From NCBI RefSeq assembly GCF_037042905.1, contig NC_087245.1, positions 38,380,001-38,440,000 of the forward strand: a DNA stretch of 60,000 bases. The letters are read 5' to 3'. A program made the translations under genes and the position numbers. Positions 34,716-48,545 of this stretch are shown here, in pieces. The notes under the pieces are model-generated. The model was not told where the DNA came from and did not search any database. It saw only the letters and a list, made by a program, of their open reading frames with translations. The stretch is from Lytechinus pictus (Eukaryota). Each line of letters opens with the position of its first letter. Within the stretch, counting starts at the first letter, position 1.

Positions 34716-36774
34716 TTAAAAACTCAATTTTCTTCGTGTGTTTTCCCCGCTCTCTTGTTTAGTACTGTCTTTTTGTGGTTTATTTGGACACTCATTGTCA
34801 GAGTTACTGCTATTTCTTAATGGTGTCATTTCAGTTGGTTCAGTTTTGTCCTCGGATGATTCGAGTACACTTAACCCGTTGCCTATGAATACAAGGCTAT
34901 TAGGATCTTGTAGACTGAATTGGACCTCGTCACGCTTTGAGTTATCAGAGTCGGGTGTGCTTCGGTGGGGACTCTGGGGAGGACCGCCCGAATTGTTTTT
35001 TCCAAATACTACATAACAAATTACTATGATGATACATACTAGTATAACCAGTGCTACTGCAACCCCAGCAATAATTTTAGACAATAAGTTAGTATTTGTT
35101 TTCCCAGTTTCATAGCTCGTTGTAACGTATTGGTGCGTTCCAATGTCATTCGTACCAAGTTCAGCATTATAGACGCTTACTTTCGATGTTTCTGTACTGC
35201 TTACTGCTATCTCCACGCACAAAGACACGTTGATGAAATTTATCGTGTACTTTGCCAATTCGCTTGGATATGAACATACTGGATTATCAACACTGACTTC
35301 TTTCTCGTTGCTTATGGATAGTTGTTGATACCATTGACGCAATGGCTCCATGCTGCAGTCGCAATTCAAAGGATTGCCTTTCAGAAACAGAATTTTGGTG
35401 TTGTCTGTCAACACCTCCAAATTCAAATTGTCAAGTTGATGTAGGTCGTTCCATCTCAAATCTAAACGAATGTTCTGAAGATGAAGAACATTGCCAATAG
35501 AAACCAATCTGTTTCCAGAGAGATTTATGGTCATTAGGTAATCAATATGTGCAAAGAGATCGATGGAAAGAGTTGTAAGACAGGTCTAGGTAGACCAAGG
35601 ATGAAATGTTTTTGAAGATATCCTCAGGAAGATTAACCAGTTTGTTCATGCCAAGGAAAAGACGTTCGAGGTTCTTTAAATGTTGGAAGACACCGGAAGC
35701 CAGTTGAGATAAGCGATTTCGGTGTAGATCAATGACACTGAGTTTTGGTACGTGTTGAAAGGTCCCGTTCTCGACGACTGTCATTGAGTTCCTACTTAAG
35801 TAGATATCTCGAAGTCGGTTTTGCGTTCCGTTCAGCGCGTAGCGATCGAACACCTGAAGATTGTTGTAGTTAAGCTTGATTGACATAAGTTGAGGTGCCC
35901 CGATGAATGTATTTGCTTCAATCTGTAAAGATAGAATGAGACATACATACATGTATGATTTTTGTATAAAATGGCATTAGAGACTTTGTAACAACTTACA
36001 CAATTGCCTGTTGCAGTAATCTTGTGACGAAATTGCCGGGTTTGACCCAATTACAAAACATTATTGAGTAAGTTTGAACAAAATAGTCGAGGTAACACTT
36101 GGCGTCTCATAAAATAAACAGACGGAGTAAGGAAAAAGTGTTAAAGAATAGAGAGAAGGCGAATATTTGGCCCGGATATTTGGACACTTTTTCAGACCAA
36201 AAGGTATGGAGCAGAACATCAATCTTGGGAAGGTACTAGGCAGAAGGAGAAGAGGAATTACGACAGAGGAATAAATGGCTCGTTGCTTGAAGGAATTACT
36301 AAAGAAACTGGAAAATCCTTGAGAGAACTAAGCATGCTCTCACATGATAGAACAGCATGGGGAAAGTTTGTCCGTGGGGTCACCAGGAGTCGAGATCGAC
36401 TCGATGGCACTTTCAACATGAGGCACTGCACGTATCTACAAAACATTATACCTTTCACATTCATTCTCTCTTTGAGGTGTACTTACACGTGATATGTTGT
36501 TGTTTGACAGCAAGATGTATTTTAGAAAAAGAAAACCTCTAAAAATCACAGGTCGTATTCTAGAGATGTGGTTGTAACGAAGCGATAGATATGAAGCAGC
36601 ATTGCATTCAATTGGTATCGTATCCAATGATCTGTATTCACAGTTCGCCTGCTGAAAAGCCTCGACGTATGAACATTTACGATGACATGGCGAAGAACGT
36701 TGAGTTTCGGTGCTATGGCACATGAATAGTATGATCAAGATTAGTAAAAACTTATTCAAAGATTGAACCTCCAT
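34716..36774 (-). pseudogene. LRR-TM copy B (exons 36774-36487 and 35922-34716) with 11-nt frameshift deletion near 35565; pseudogene or truncated secreted 222-aa form
   Basis: Exon 1 is 87/96 aa identical to copy A, with the same splice sites. Frame breaks after DLSYNS with a stop at 35542. The downstream frame (35534-34716) still encodes LRR, LRRCT, TM and tail. Confidence 0.85.
36176..36412 (+). mobile_element. RTE-clade LINE 3' fragment in copy B intron
   Basis: Encodes the RTE/BovB-like C-terminus: FGH...LGKVLGRRRRG...LEGITKETGKSLRELSMLSHDRTAWGKFVRGVTRSRDRLDGT. Confidence 0.8.
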
Positions 36775-38743
36775 ATTGGATATTTATTGTCCTGAAAATG
36801 ACTATTTTTACAAAATTATTACGAACGTGGAAGCTTTGGAGGAGCTAACGATCCAGCAAACGAATGTTTACTTTGGCCCAACTCGTTGTGTGTCATCAGA
36901 AGAGTGATTTAAATGTCCCGCATGAGATTGCTTTGTATACATATTCATAACAAATGTTATCTGTGATTGGCCAACGCTATTTGTTCTTTGTCATGTGATC
37001 AAATACGTTTATGATTAATCGATATCAGATTCAATTTCTTTTAAATCATAATATAATTTTATTAGTTTATCATGAGAACCAGCGACCACCCTTGTTTGAT
37101 AAAGCAAAATGTGATCTTGTCGCAGGCGCGTAGCCGGGGGCGGTCGCCCCCCAAAAAAAAGTCCCCAAGACGAAAAAAAAGGGAAAAAGAGAAGAGGAAA
37201 GGAGAAGCGAAGGGAGGAATTGGAAGAAAGGTAGCTTCGTGGGTTTTCTTTTTCTTTTTTCTTTTTTATCAAACGAATTCGTACCTTAACGAAACTACTT
37301 CACTCTCTTTCTGAATATATATATATATATTGCTTCCGCGCTTCGTGCGGTTAAATGACAATACTGCAGTTCTCCTTTGTTTCCCTCACCCTTTCTCTAA
37401 TCCTGTTTTTCCCCTAGGCTATAGGACTAGTGTGTTTCTTGCCAGTTGGAGTTTAAATGTATACATTGGGGCACTGAATTAGAGTAAAGACAGATCACGC
37501 AACATTTTAACACTTGTGGTCCGGTCGGCCCCGAGCGGGTAAAATCTTTATATCGCTTTCTGCCGTTAGCCCCATACAGGCCACTTCTCCCGCTTTTCAG
37601 CTCATTACTACACAACCATAATTAGGGGGCAAACAGGTTCCTCGTTTAAAAAGAGGAAGGTATAAAATGTGTGTCGTATTAAATAAAAAAAAGTACAATA
37701 TTTCTATTAAATTCTATGAAACGTCATGTCATTTCCCTTCACATCCATCTCCTTTCTTGTTTTGCTCCTTCAGTTTGAAATTTTGAATGACACTTCAGTT
37801 TCTTAATCATTCAAAATGAAGCGCTTCAGGATGAGTCAAAGAACTAAAAAGAAATACATCATCCTTTTTTATACATATATAATTTCAGTAAATCACAGAA
37901 TTTTCAACTCAGTTTTGCGCTCTATTTTCCTTGTAATGAAGTTCAATTATCTTAGAACATCAACTGAATTAGAGCCGATGGGGTATTAGAGATAGGTGTA
38001 TTTGATGAAACGTCCGCCTTTGAAATTTTGAGTTTCATTGCTCTGCGCGGGGGGGGGGGTGATACCTTCCTCCCGTCATATACAATTCTTTTTTTTTTTG
38101 CGAGTTAAAGACATGTACTGTCGCTAAATTGTAATCAAATCTGATCTTTCTAAGGAAAGCATTCAATAGGACTTAGAAAATATACTTTTCCAAGGATCCT
38201 TTTTTCCACAAAATTAATAAAACGCTTTAGTTTTTTTAGTAATTATTAATTTTAATTTCCTCCATTTCATCCCATTTGGAGCATTCACAATTACTTTTGA
38301 AAACAAGGTTCAAAAGCACAATAAAGTCAAATAAATTGGAACTGATATAGGTACTAGAGACAAGAGAGACGGCTCCTTTTCATTTTAATTTGATGAAACA
38401 TCAAAAGCTTCTCCCCCTCCCTGCACCCACCCCCTAGGGAGCGCGCTTCGCGCCCTGTAAGTGTTGCCACGTTTTGCGATTAAAAAACAAAATAGTGCTC
38501 TCCATCCCGCTTCTCCGACGCCTATCATCACACTTATGAGAGACATAAAACTCTGCAACTTGAGGCAACTAGTTTAAGTTCATATCGTATACTTTTTAAG
38601 ACGTATCTACTTTTTAAAAACAAAATTAAAAGGAACCAAAATTCAGGACTATGTAAAAACTTTTTTCATCTAAATAAGATTTGATGTAAGAATATTGTTT
38701 GTACCCATAATAAGGTGATAGTTAATTATGGAGATATCGGCCT

Positions 38744-41143
38744 CATAGGCGGATCCAGGGGGGCCGAGGGGCCCAGCACCCCCCCCCCCACCCATTGGCG
38801 GAGCAAAAAAGGGGAAAAGAGGGGGAAAGAAAAAAAATAAGGGAAATGAGAGGAGAAAAAAAAGGGGAAACATAAGAGGAGGAAGACACGTGAATAACAT
38901 AAGATGAGGGGAAGACTTGGAAAATAATAATATATATATAAAATGAAAAAACTATACAAAATTTTCGTACGCGCTTCGTGCTCGCATTGCATTTTAGGTG
39001 ATTTACATGTCTTGCTCAATATGGAGCTTAAAATATCAAATTTTGAAGTCAATATAATATAAAACATATTTCAGCTGGGAAATCGAACTTTCATTATTTT
39101 GTTTGATTTTTAAAATGTGCTCTGTAAAAATTTATGTTTTATGGTCTGATATTAACATTTTCTGCTAGCGCTGCGCGCTCGCAAAATATGATTTGTCAGG
39201 TACCTATTATTTTCCTGTATTCCATAAAGTTTTCAAGATATCCCTATTCAGGTCAGATTGTCAAAACGTATCAGCTAGCGCTCCACGCTCTCATTTTGAT
39301 TGGTGAGTTATGTATCTCAATATTAATTCTATAAACTTAAAATCCCCATTTCATGACAGTTTATAAAAAATTTCGACTCGCGATTTGCGCTCGCATTGAT
39401 TGTTGAAAATATATTGCATCTTATTCATAATACAAAAGTGCTTTAAATGTCTAGTTTTCATGCCATAATATTTACAGATTTCGCGCTCTCATCGGGCTTA
39501 TTGATTTATAAATAAAATATTAATTTAATAATCAAATTGTTCCTTTTTCAGAATGGAATATCGACAAGTTTCACCTCGCGCTTAGGAAGAGAAATAGGAA
39601 GATAGTCATCATTATCATATGAAATAATGTTCTTAGAATGTCCCGGTCCAATGTCGAAACTCAAAGTAATAATAATGAAACATATCAGCTCCTGTGATCC
39701 ATATCCACCTCACAATTTTCCCAGAAAGTGCTAGAAATACAGAGTTTAAGTTAACCCCTTTTCATATCGGAATATCAAATATTTTAAGCTCGCTTTTCGC
39801 GCTTGCTTATGTGATTTTTCATGATGCCCATATTCTGGGTCGAAATCTGAAACACGCGCGCGCATGTTTATTCAGATGATTAAAATCGTTATCCAGTTTC
39901 AGATCACAAATTTTCTGTTCGCGCTTTGCGCTCGCATTATTAATGTAGGAAGATTTCCAATTACCCATCCTGTTGATTTACAAAACATCAATAGAGTGTC
40001 CCATTTTTAGGTGTAAATCTCGAATTTTTGCGCTAGCATCAATTGTTTATTTATATACTTATCATTTTCACGATTAAAAAACGTGCTTAGAATTTCAATC
40101 TTTAGGTAGAAAAAAGTCAAAATTTTCAGCTCGCGCTCGCATTATTTGATTGTTGAAATATGTAACGTCTTCATGATTAACTGCAAGCAGCCGTTAAAGG
40201 ACAAGTCCACTTCAACAAAAAGTTGATTTGAATAAAAAAAAGAAAATTCCAACAAGTATAAAACCGAAAATTTCATCAAAATCGGATGTAAAATAAGAAA
40301 GTTATGACATTTTAAAGTTTCGCTTAATTTCACAAAACAGTTATATGCACATCCTGGTCTGTATGCAAATGAGGAGACTGATGATATCATCCACTCACTA
40401 TTTCTTTTTCATTTTATTATATGAAATATGAAATATTCTAATTTTCTCCTCATTGCTAATTGAAACAACGATTAATTCCTCCCTGAACATGTGGAATTAG
40501 CATTGTTTAATACTATATGGTTCAGTCAAGTTGGTCCTTATTGTCAAATCTGTAAAAAATGAAATATTGTATAATTCAAACAATAAAAAACTAAAGAAAT
40601 AGAGAGTGACGGACATCATCGACTTTCTCATTTGCATATCACTGACATGTGCATATCATTGTTTTTTGAAAAATAAGCAAAACTTTAAATTGTCATAACT
40701 TTCTTATTTTACATCCGGTTTTTTCAGCATTATGCAAGTTACATTTTTCTCTATCTATTCAAATCAATATTTTGCTTGGGTGGACTTGGCCTTTAACAGA
40801 TCATTTTTTTATCAGATCAAAACGTAAATTAAAAATTTCTGTTTCTATTTACTTGGATACACACCTCGTTTAGGATCACAAACATTCCCCAGAATGTTAA
40901 TTTTAGGACAAAATACATGAAATAAAAAAACAGCTCGGTCTTCGCGCTCGTATACTATTTATTATGAGATTACAAGGTTATTATATATTTATGTTGATTT
41001 ATAAGCATAAAGCATAGAAGTGAATATTAGGACTATTCTTTCAAATAAACAAACAAAAATCAACTTCGAGCAGCCGATCGGGGAAAATGTGGCTGAAAAA
41101 AAAATCCCCCCCCCCTATTCGCGAAGGCTGGATCCGCTCCTGC
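38744..41143. mobile_element. hAT-like non-autonomous element (same repeat motif family) with nested Kolobok-like MITE
   Basis: Ends CATAGGCGGATCCAG / CTGGATCCGCTCCTG; near-TSD ATCGGCCT/ATGGGCCT; many gctcgcgc..gcgctcgca units. Confidence 0.75.
40198..40792. mobile_element. Kolobok-like MITE (related copies at about 591-950 and 43363-43692)
   Basis: TTAA|AGGACAAGTCCAC...GTGGACTTGGCCT|TTAA; long inverted arms. Confidence 0.75.
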
Positions 41144-44100
41144 ATGGGCCTGATATAAACGAAGCCAAACTACATGATATGGGTGCTGTTAATGATCAAT
41201 GAAAAATGAAAAGCATGATCTAACATCCACTCTGCTAATCGCATACTAGTAACTGGAAGTTCAATGTTCACAAACGAATAATTATTTTTGGCGTAGAGCC
41301 AGACTAGAGACGGGAACTCCATAAATAAGTGAGCTAATTCATTCAATAAATGGATCATAGTTCATTGCAATGGTTTGAAAAGCAGCATGGTCATGTCTTA
41401 TATCAGCCTGTATCGGCTTAACTGAAAAAAAAAATATCAAAGAAAGGCTTGGTTACTTCGAGTAAAGGGTCATGATCCAACTATTGCAGAAGGATGAAAC
41501 CTCCTTGTTTTTATATACTACTTCTCTCTTGATACTATATAGAAACATTAGTTTAAATCTTTTTTTATTCTGTTTTTATTATATTGAATTAAAGTCAATT
41601 ACAAAATTTACAAATGATTATTAAGTGATTGCGAATCTTTTGCTTTAAGAATGTTGCTCAACTCATATAAAAAAAGTCTTTTATTTCAAGTATATTATTG
41701 TTATCACCGATGAAAACAACAATATAATAATAAAGGACGGGAAATAAAAATGTGCATGGCCATGATTGGAAAAAAAGCAAATGTATGTATTATTAAATGA
41801 ATGATGAATAATAATAGAAACGTACTAATATCCTTATGATATTAAATTAAGTAAAAACAACAATAGTGCGTTAAATCAAACTAACAAATTTTGATCAATA
41901 GTCACCAAAAATAAATTACTGGGCAATTATATTTAATGACACACTATCTTCCTACTAAGGTAGTACAAATATTGTTTGAGTCCAAATAATCAAACTTTAT
42001 GACATAAATTTCTGGTGCGAAGTACAGGTTTATTATGAAACTAAGCAGACAGTCGGCATGAAATAGTTTGAATTGCAAACACAACAACAATCATTAATAC
42101 CATCTTGATATCACTGTTAACAGAAAATAATTCGTGTATCATTCTCATCGTCGTCGCCTTTTAGATTTCACAGCCTGGAACATGGAGTGGGATTTTTACA
42201 TGTAAGGAGGAAAGCAAGCAATGTAAGAATCTACAGAAAGAAAGAAATGATATACTGCGTGGCATATGAGTGACATCAACAATTGGAACGCCTCTGACAG
42301 TGTCACCTGTATTACGCGATCCAATAGTTGCCAGTGCTGACTTTGAAAACTATTGAATAATTATTCATAAAATCAACAATTCATATAATAATAAAATACT
42401 ATGTTCATTTACCTTAAAGTATACATCCAAAGAATCAAAAGTATCTTATAATGACTTTATGTGGTCATCATTGTAAAGGGGAAGTATTACTAATCAGATA
42501 TATAACTTCACTTTTCAAAATAGTGATCAGAGATTGCAGAAATCAGCTCTCAAAAATGATTTATTTTCATGCCATATTTCTGCCTTCCACCGGTCCTCTT
42601 GCGAGCTCCAGCTGAGTGACGTCACACAATGAGCAGTGAGCAGCTGAGCTGACAGCAGCCCATTGGAGACGATCTTTCCAATCAGCGTTTTTTGCTCTTA
42701 GAATTGTTTATTCCTCTTAAGATTGGTCTTGTTATATAGATAAAAGTTTGAATTTACTGAACAGTGAAAAAAAGTGCACATTTAACGTATTTTGGTAACC
42801 GATATTTAGCTTAGAATTTTTTTTTTTCAAGAAATATATGTGAATAAACAAAGCATATTTTCACGTAGAAATCACACTTGCGTCACATTAATGTTATAAT
42901 CAATATAAAGCATAGACATTCTTCTTTATGACTGAACAAAAATTATGAAATTTCATTAAGTAGCAAAGTCAGGAACCACAAAAAAAACACGGCAATATCC
43001 ATCGCGAAATGACTGAAATTGCAGTTGAATTGCCGAAGCATTATTAGGAAACAGCGGCGAGCGGACTTTCTTTCATATATCTTAAAAATGCCTTTCCGTT
43101 AGGGCGATGGTCTGTGGCCAAATGCCATTGTTTTGTCATGTGCGAGGACCCTGGTTCGAAACTCGGATTTTTTTTTTCTGTGTATTTTTTTATTAATTCC
43201 TTCCCCGTCCCTACCCATCTTTTTTTTTCTCTTTTTATTTTCTTGTGAAATTCTATTCAGACCTGTATTTATCAAATCTTGCTTCTTAATTGCTGCTTTT
43301 GATTTTCAAGTTCTTGATTAGATTATTTCTACTCTTATTTGGGATGGGAGGGGTAGAGTTAAAAGTCAAGTCCACATCAACTAAAAATTACTTGAATAGA
43401 GTAATTTCCCTTGTTGTTTTTACTCAAAACAGTCATATACATAAAACAATGATATGCAAATTAGAGTTGTCACTCACATAACATTCGTTTCTATTTTTTG
43501 TGGCATTTTGTTTTTTATTCTTTGCAGATTTGACGATAGGAAACTCTTCATCTGATCACAATAGGTTATATTTACGGAACTGTTAAAATAGTAATTATAT
43601 AAATTTGAATCAAAGTTTTTATGAAATTTCCTGCAATATCTTGTTATTTTTCTTTAAATTCAAATGAATTTTTGATTGCGTGGACTTCTCCTTTACTCTT
43701 AATGTAGGGAATGCATAGCAAAATTTATCCAGAAACAAAATTGTCTTAGAATATGCAAATCAGTAATTGGACACGTGCTCACTTTTCTTTCATCCAGGCC
43801 ACATCCTCACATCCACCAGGCTTTCAGTCTTATAACAAAAATGATGAACCATCACACAACAGCACACAACATTCACAGTGCTTCACAATAAATATTTCAC
43901 TTCTATTCATACGTGCAATAAATATTGTGGAAAACAAATAAAAGGCGTACCCATATTCAAATACCGTTTAAAAGGACAAATATATTATACCTTTCGAGAA
44001 AAATCAGCACGTTAAATATCTGATAACAAAACATCATTATGGGGCACTGCAAGAAACTGATGTTCAATTGCAAATCAAGCGTAAGTCTTAAATTCAAATT

Positions 44101-45104
44101 CAAGCGTAATAAGGTCGAGTTGCAATCGCAATTCAACTACATGTTTAATCAAAGGACTTACCCTTGATTTGGGACGTGTGATTGAGTATAACATTTCTCG
44201 CAAAATGCCCTAGTAACATTAAAATTGTTCTTTCGTTTAAATTGTGTGTTATTATTTTTGACAAGCTGTATTCCTGTCCAAGTCAAATTTCTTAGTTCTC
44301 TCCAAAACTGTGCTCAAAATTGTTTCCAAGATTGATAAAGAAAAAATTTCTTTTGTATCATTATTAGTCCACAACTTGCAAACCGTAGGTCCTGGAAAGA
44401 GTGAAGAAAAAAATGGCTATATCCAAATCATAGTAAAAGGACATGATGGAATCTCCCAGATTGAGGTAGCAAGCAGATCGAGACCAGAAGTCACCAGAGT
44501 CAGCAAGTGTGCAGATCTGTGTGTAGAAGAGAGAAAAAAAGAAATAGTTTAAATAATCAAATCAAAGTATGAATTTAATTATCGTGATGATTGATGACGT
44601 GCGGTGGCATGTAATTCCCGGTCAACAACAAATGACCAGTTTTAGAAATCTGAAGAAAAACTCTGCTGGAATTGTGCAAAAACATTATTTCTAAAATAAA
44701 AACTTTTTAATTTTAATAGTAGTTATGCCAAAATGCATGATTCTAAACTTATATCAGATCTGTATCTGTCATCTGACCTGAATGCATCGTCAGAACAAGT
44801 ACAGTTTCCAAACATGCTTACCTTGACTTTTGACTGGATCAAACAGCGTAGCCTGCAACATGCATCGGGAGCAAGTGAATGGGACCGTGCAGCTTGGAGT
44901 TTTTCAATAAAGTATTAGTAGAGCAACACAACGAAGACTGTCGAGTGGACAAAATCGATCTTTCCAGTGCACAATTCAATAAAAAACGGGCAAAATAACA
45001 CAGTTCTGGTTCCCTTATAGTCTGAAGTTGTCGAAAATTCGGATGTCACATTACATGAAGAAAACGGTAAATTCGGAAGATATTGAACAGGTCAGTAAGG
45101 TGAT

Positions 45105-45200
45105 TCAGTGTTTTATGCACAGAGGGATGATGAGCTCGATGATTGTGTGACGTCATTATTCTCGACTGTTTTCACTGCGTGAACTGTCGGTCTGGGGCGG
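45105..45200 (-). promoter_or_regulatory. Candidate Pol II promoter (GC box, CRE, TATA-like)
   Basis: GGGGCGG at 45194-45200, TGACGTCA at 45148-45155 and CATAAAA on - strand at 45117-45111, followed downstream by a consensus donor/acceptor pair. Confidence 0.45.
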
Positions 45201-45384
45201 CTGGGGGGCTGAGAAGGGTCTCTAATAATTTCATTTCTTGCATTTCCACGACATCAATAAGACTTTTTAGTGACATATTTGTGTATAAAAAGACAAGACC
45301 TTTCCATTCATATATAATTTGTCTATAATCATCACTTTCGTGAATTTTCTTTGGATGTATACTTTAAATGACAGTTGACATTCT

Positions 45385-46440
45385 TTTCATTTCATTTATT
45401 TCCACAATAACAGCTAAGTAAATACATTTTGTACATCTCAACATCATTATATGGAAAAGATACAATTACGTTGAAATAAAAACAATACAACACATTCGTG
45501 AAAGTATTTAAATAATTGATAATGATCATGTATAACTTAAAAGCTGGAATATTGAGGAAACATTGTGAAAGCAGAGCTTGTGAAACAGGTTCCCTTTAGC
45601 ATAGATAATGGTATTATTGTTCATAATTTAAATTAAAATATAAATAATAATAACAAAGGATACACTATACAAAACAATCATACGGAAAAGGACAACGCCA
45701 AAAAGAGACAACAAAAACATCCCGCAGTTAAGTTTTTAGATTGTAAGGATTAATTATAAGTTTGCGTTTGAAAGTAAATAAGCTTGGTGAGTTCTTAATA
45801 GACTCATCCAGAGAATTTAATAAATGAGGATCAGTGTAAATGATGGTTTTCTGTTTAAATAATGTTGTCAACAAAGCAAGGTAAAATGATGATTTTTTTA
45901 ATAAATGATAAACTTAGTAGAGTTGGCAATTCGTCGCGATTTGGTTGGTACATAAAAAAGCCAAGACAGAGGTGATATAGGTCATTTATTTTCAAAATTT
46001 TATAAGAATAAAAATAAATCGTCTGTGTGGGCTAATCTATCTTTGCGACTTATAAGAATTATTCTTCTATACGCTTTTGAATTAGCAATAGTCTCTCCAA
46101 TTAAAATTCTAGAGGAGTTACCCCAAGCTAATATCCCATATGGGAGTATGAGTGTATTACATAAACTAAGCCAAATATTTGAAGGAACTTATTTTTTCAG
46201 TTTATTGATGAGTGACACAATCGTTTTTTAGATGAAGATTTGTCCAATTGTGTAATATGTTGTTTACATGAAAGTATGTCTATGAAACAAACCAAGAAAT
46301 TTTGTTGATTCGACAAAAATCGATTGAAGTGTTATTGATGGAGACTTGTCCAGGTAAGGCTGAAATTGAATTACCAAAAATCATACAGTGTGTTTTCTGA
46401 ACATTCAAAGAAAGTTTGTTACAAGACATCCAATCGTAGA
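45385..46440 (-). mobile_element. Degenerate CR1/L2-group LINE 3' fragment
   Basis: Minus-strand remnants YDWMSCNKLSLNVQKTHCMIF, LILPYGILAWGN, HTDDLFY..KILKINDLY; (GAAAT)n-type tail near 45385-45400. Confidence 0.75.
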
Positions 46441-46446
46441 TGCAAC

Positions 46447-46520
46447 GGGGACATCCCGATAGTCCGCGGGTCTAATAGTCAGCGGGTCCGTTGGTCCGCG
46501 GGTCCGATAGTCCGCGGGGT
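46447..46520 (+). repeat. 16-bp minisatellite (gtccgatagtccgcgg) x about 4
   Basis: Direct inspection; probably a transposon terminal array. Confidence 0.7.
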
Positions 46521-47973
46521 CTAGGTCACTATGATATGACCTTCGAGAATAAATAGACCTCGGCAATCGCCCTTGTAAACTACCCCAAAGGACCGCATAT
46601 TATAGTTAGTTAACACACAACTGTAATTCACGCACATATTCAGTCCCCGCCCTCTCCCCCTAACTATACACGTATGCTCGTTCCCTATTTCTCCGGAAAA
46701 GGGGTAAATTTTTAGGGAAAATGGGCCCTATTTTAGCATTTTCTCCAGACTTTGTTTTTTACGGGATAAATCTCGAAGTAGGGTCCCGAATATGGTCCAA
46801 AAGCCTCTTAAAAGGGGATTATTTTGCGAGCTCTCCCCTTCAAAAACCTGTAATAGGGTGTAATATTCATGCAGCTTCCCTTCCAAAATTAATTTTGACA
46901 CGGCTTCCCCTACCAATAGGGGGTATCTCTTAGAACCAGGAACAAGCATGCGTGTATGGTTCATGGTTCACACCCTGAGTTGGGGGGGGGGGGGGGGATT
47001 CAATCATATTCGTAGCTCCACACGTACACCAGGCGCGGTTCTAGACTATTTAATTTTTGTTTGGAGGGGGGAGGGGGCTTCTGGGGGCTTGATAAATTTT
47101 CGACGTTGGTCTATTCTAATACAATGAAAATGGCCTATCGTGGGTAGCCTTATACTGTCCAAACCGCTACCCCTCCCCTTATAAAAATATTTCTAATTTC
47201 AAAAATCACATTTTAAAGTGCAAGATAATTTTTCATCTATAACATGCTTCGGGGCCTGATGGGTGTATGCAGATGAGGGCATTGAGGGGGTAGGACTGGT
47301 TATCAGGAAATGGGTTTGTGTTGTTACTCACTCCAGGCGTTTATTCTCAAAATTTCGAGACTTTGAAAAAAAAAGGTATGAAAGAACATGGTAAGAAATG
47401 GGGTTTCAATGCCAAGGACACCCCCTTTTTAATAAATAAAAAAGAGAGTACGTGCGCACGTGTGACCAAAGTGTAAAAAAAAAAATCGGCTTTCTGTTGG
47501 ATTTATATCAGGATTTTATCATTTTCAGCTTATATATCATACTTCTTACTACCACAATGAGTGTTCCTACCACTTCAAAGATGAAAATGCGGTCCAAATC
47601 TCGGATTGAGAAAGGTAACTTTGAAGCCACTGAGCTACCACCGAAAGGGGACTTTGAAGTACGAGGCCAGATCCAACAAACGCCCGGGGCGCACCCGATG
47701 GATTCAGCCAACAGATCTCCAACGATATCAGGTGATCATTCAACTGTGGACGTATTGAATGACCCCACATTGCTACGCAGTATTCGCACTCAGGTTGACA
47801 AAGCGATCAGCGAAGAAACACATTCTCGTCTCATCCAAGCAATTATCGACGCAGTGAAAGAAGAGGTGACGAAGCAAGTCTACGAGTCCATTCAACTGGA
47901 TCTTCACAAATACTCGAAAGAAATCGCGACTCTTCGATCTTCAGTTGACGATCTCTCCAGACAAGTGAATGAA

Positions 47974-48545
47974 TAATGCTAACTCCCTTAATGTTGTACC
48001 ACCAAAACCTAATATTCAACTCTTTTGTCAATCTTTTAAATATGCCGGTGCCAAAGTATGGAACAAATCACCCACAAATTTCCAAAATGCTCAATCCTTA
48101 GATGTATTTAAGTCTCTATACAAAAAATCTAAATCTAACATGTCATAATAATCCCATCCCTGAACTTATATATTCAGTAATTTACATTACAATTTTATTC
48201 TGTCTATCATTATTCAAAACTCTCAGCCCCTACTTATTTTTGCAATTTGTTTATATACTGTAGTTGATAAGGTCATACGTATACCTACCCTTCTTTCATG
48301 TAGGCCGATCTATTTTTTTACCACTAATAATAAGGTGATCTATAATGTTTTCATGTTTTTGTATTACGCTGATACTTTTATGTCTTACCCTGTTTTTCGA
48401 TATATGCCTATTGTTATATGCCTATTATTGTCATTACTATTTTATCATGTTTTTTATACACCAGGACCAAGATGAAAAACAGTAATTTTATCTCTGATCT
48501 TGTGAACCTGTTTAAATATGTGTGAATAAATAAATAAATAAATAA
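47974..48545 (+). mobile_element. 3' tail of a second CR1/L2-group LINE inserted into ORF1
   Basis: Encodes ...QSFKYAGAKVWNKSP...SLDVFK; ends in (TAAA)n; host ORF1 resumes at 48546. Confidence 0.82.

Noticed and set aside
22010..36774. VLR-like somatic LRR cassette system
   Set aside because: Both loci are complete genes with ordinary introns; I found no free LRR cassettes in the window.
42600..42670. CRE/E-box cluster as an enhancer
   Set aside because: It lies in sequence that begins like the TTAA-AGG MITE families, whose centres commonly contain tgacgtca; there is no independent support.
43095..43170. Possible tRNA gene (B-box ggttcgaaact)
   Set aside because: No convincing cloverleaf; at most a decayed SINE head.
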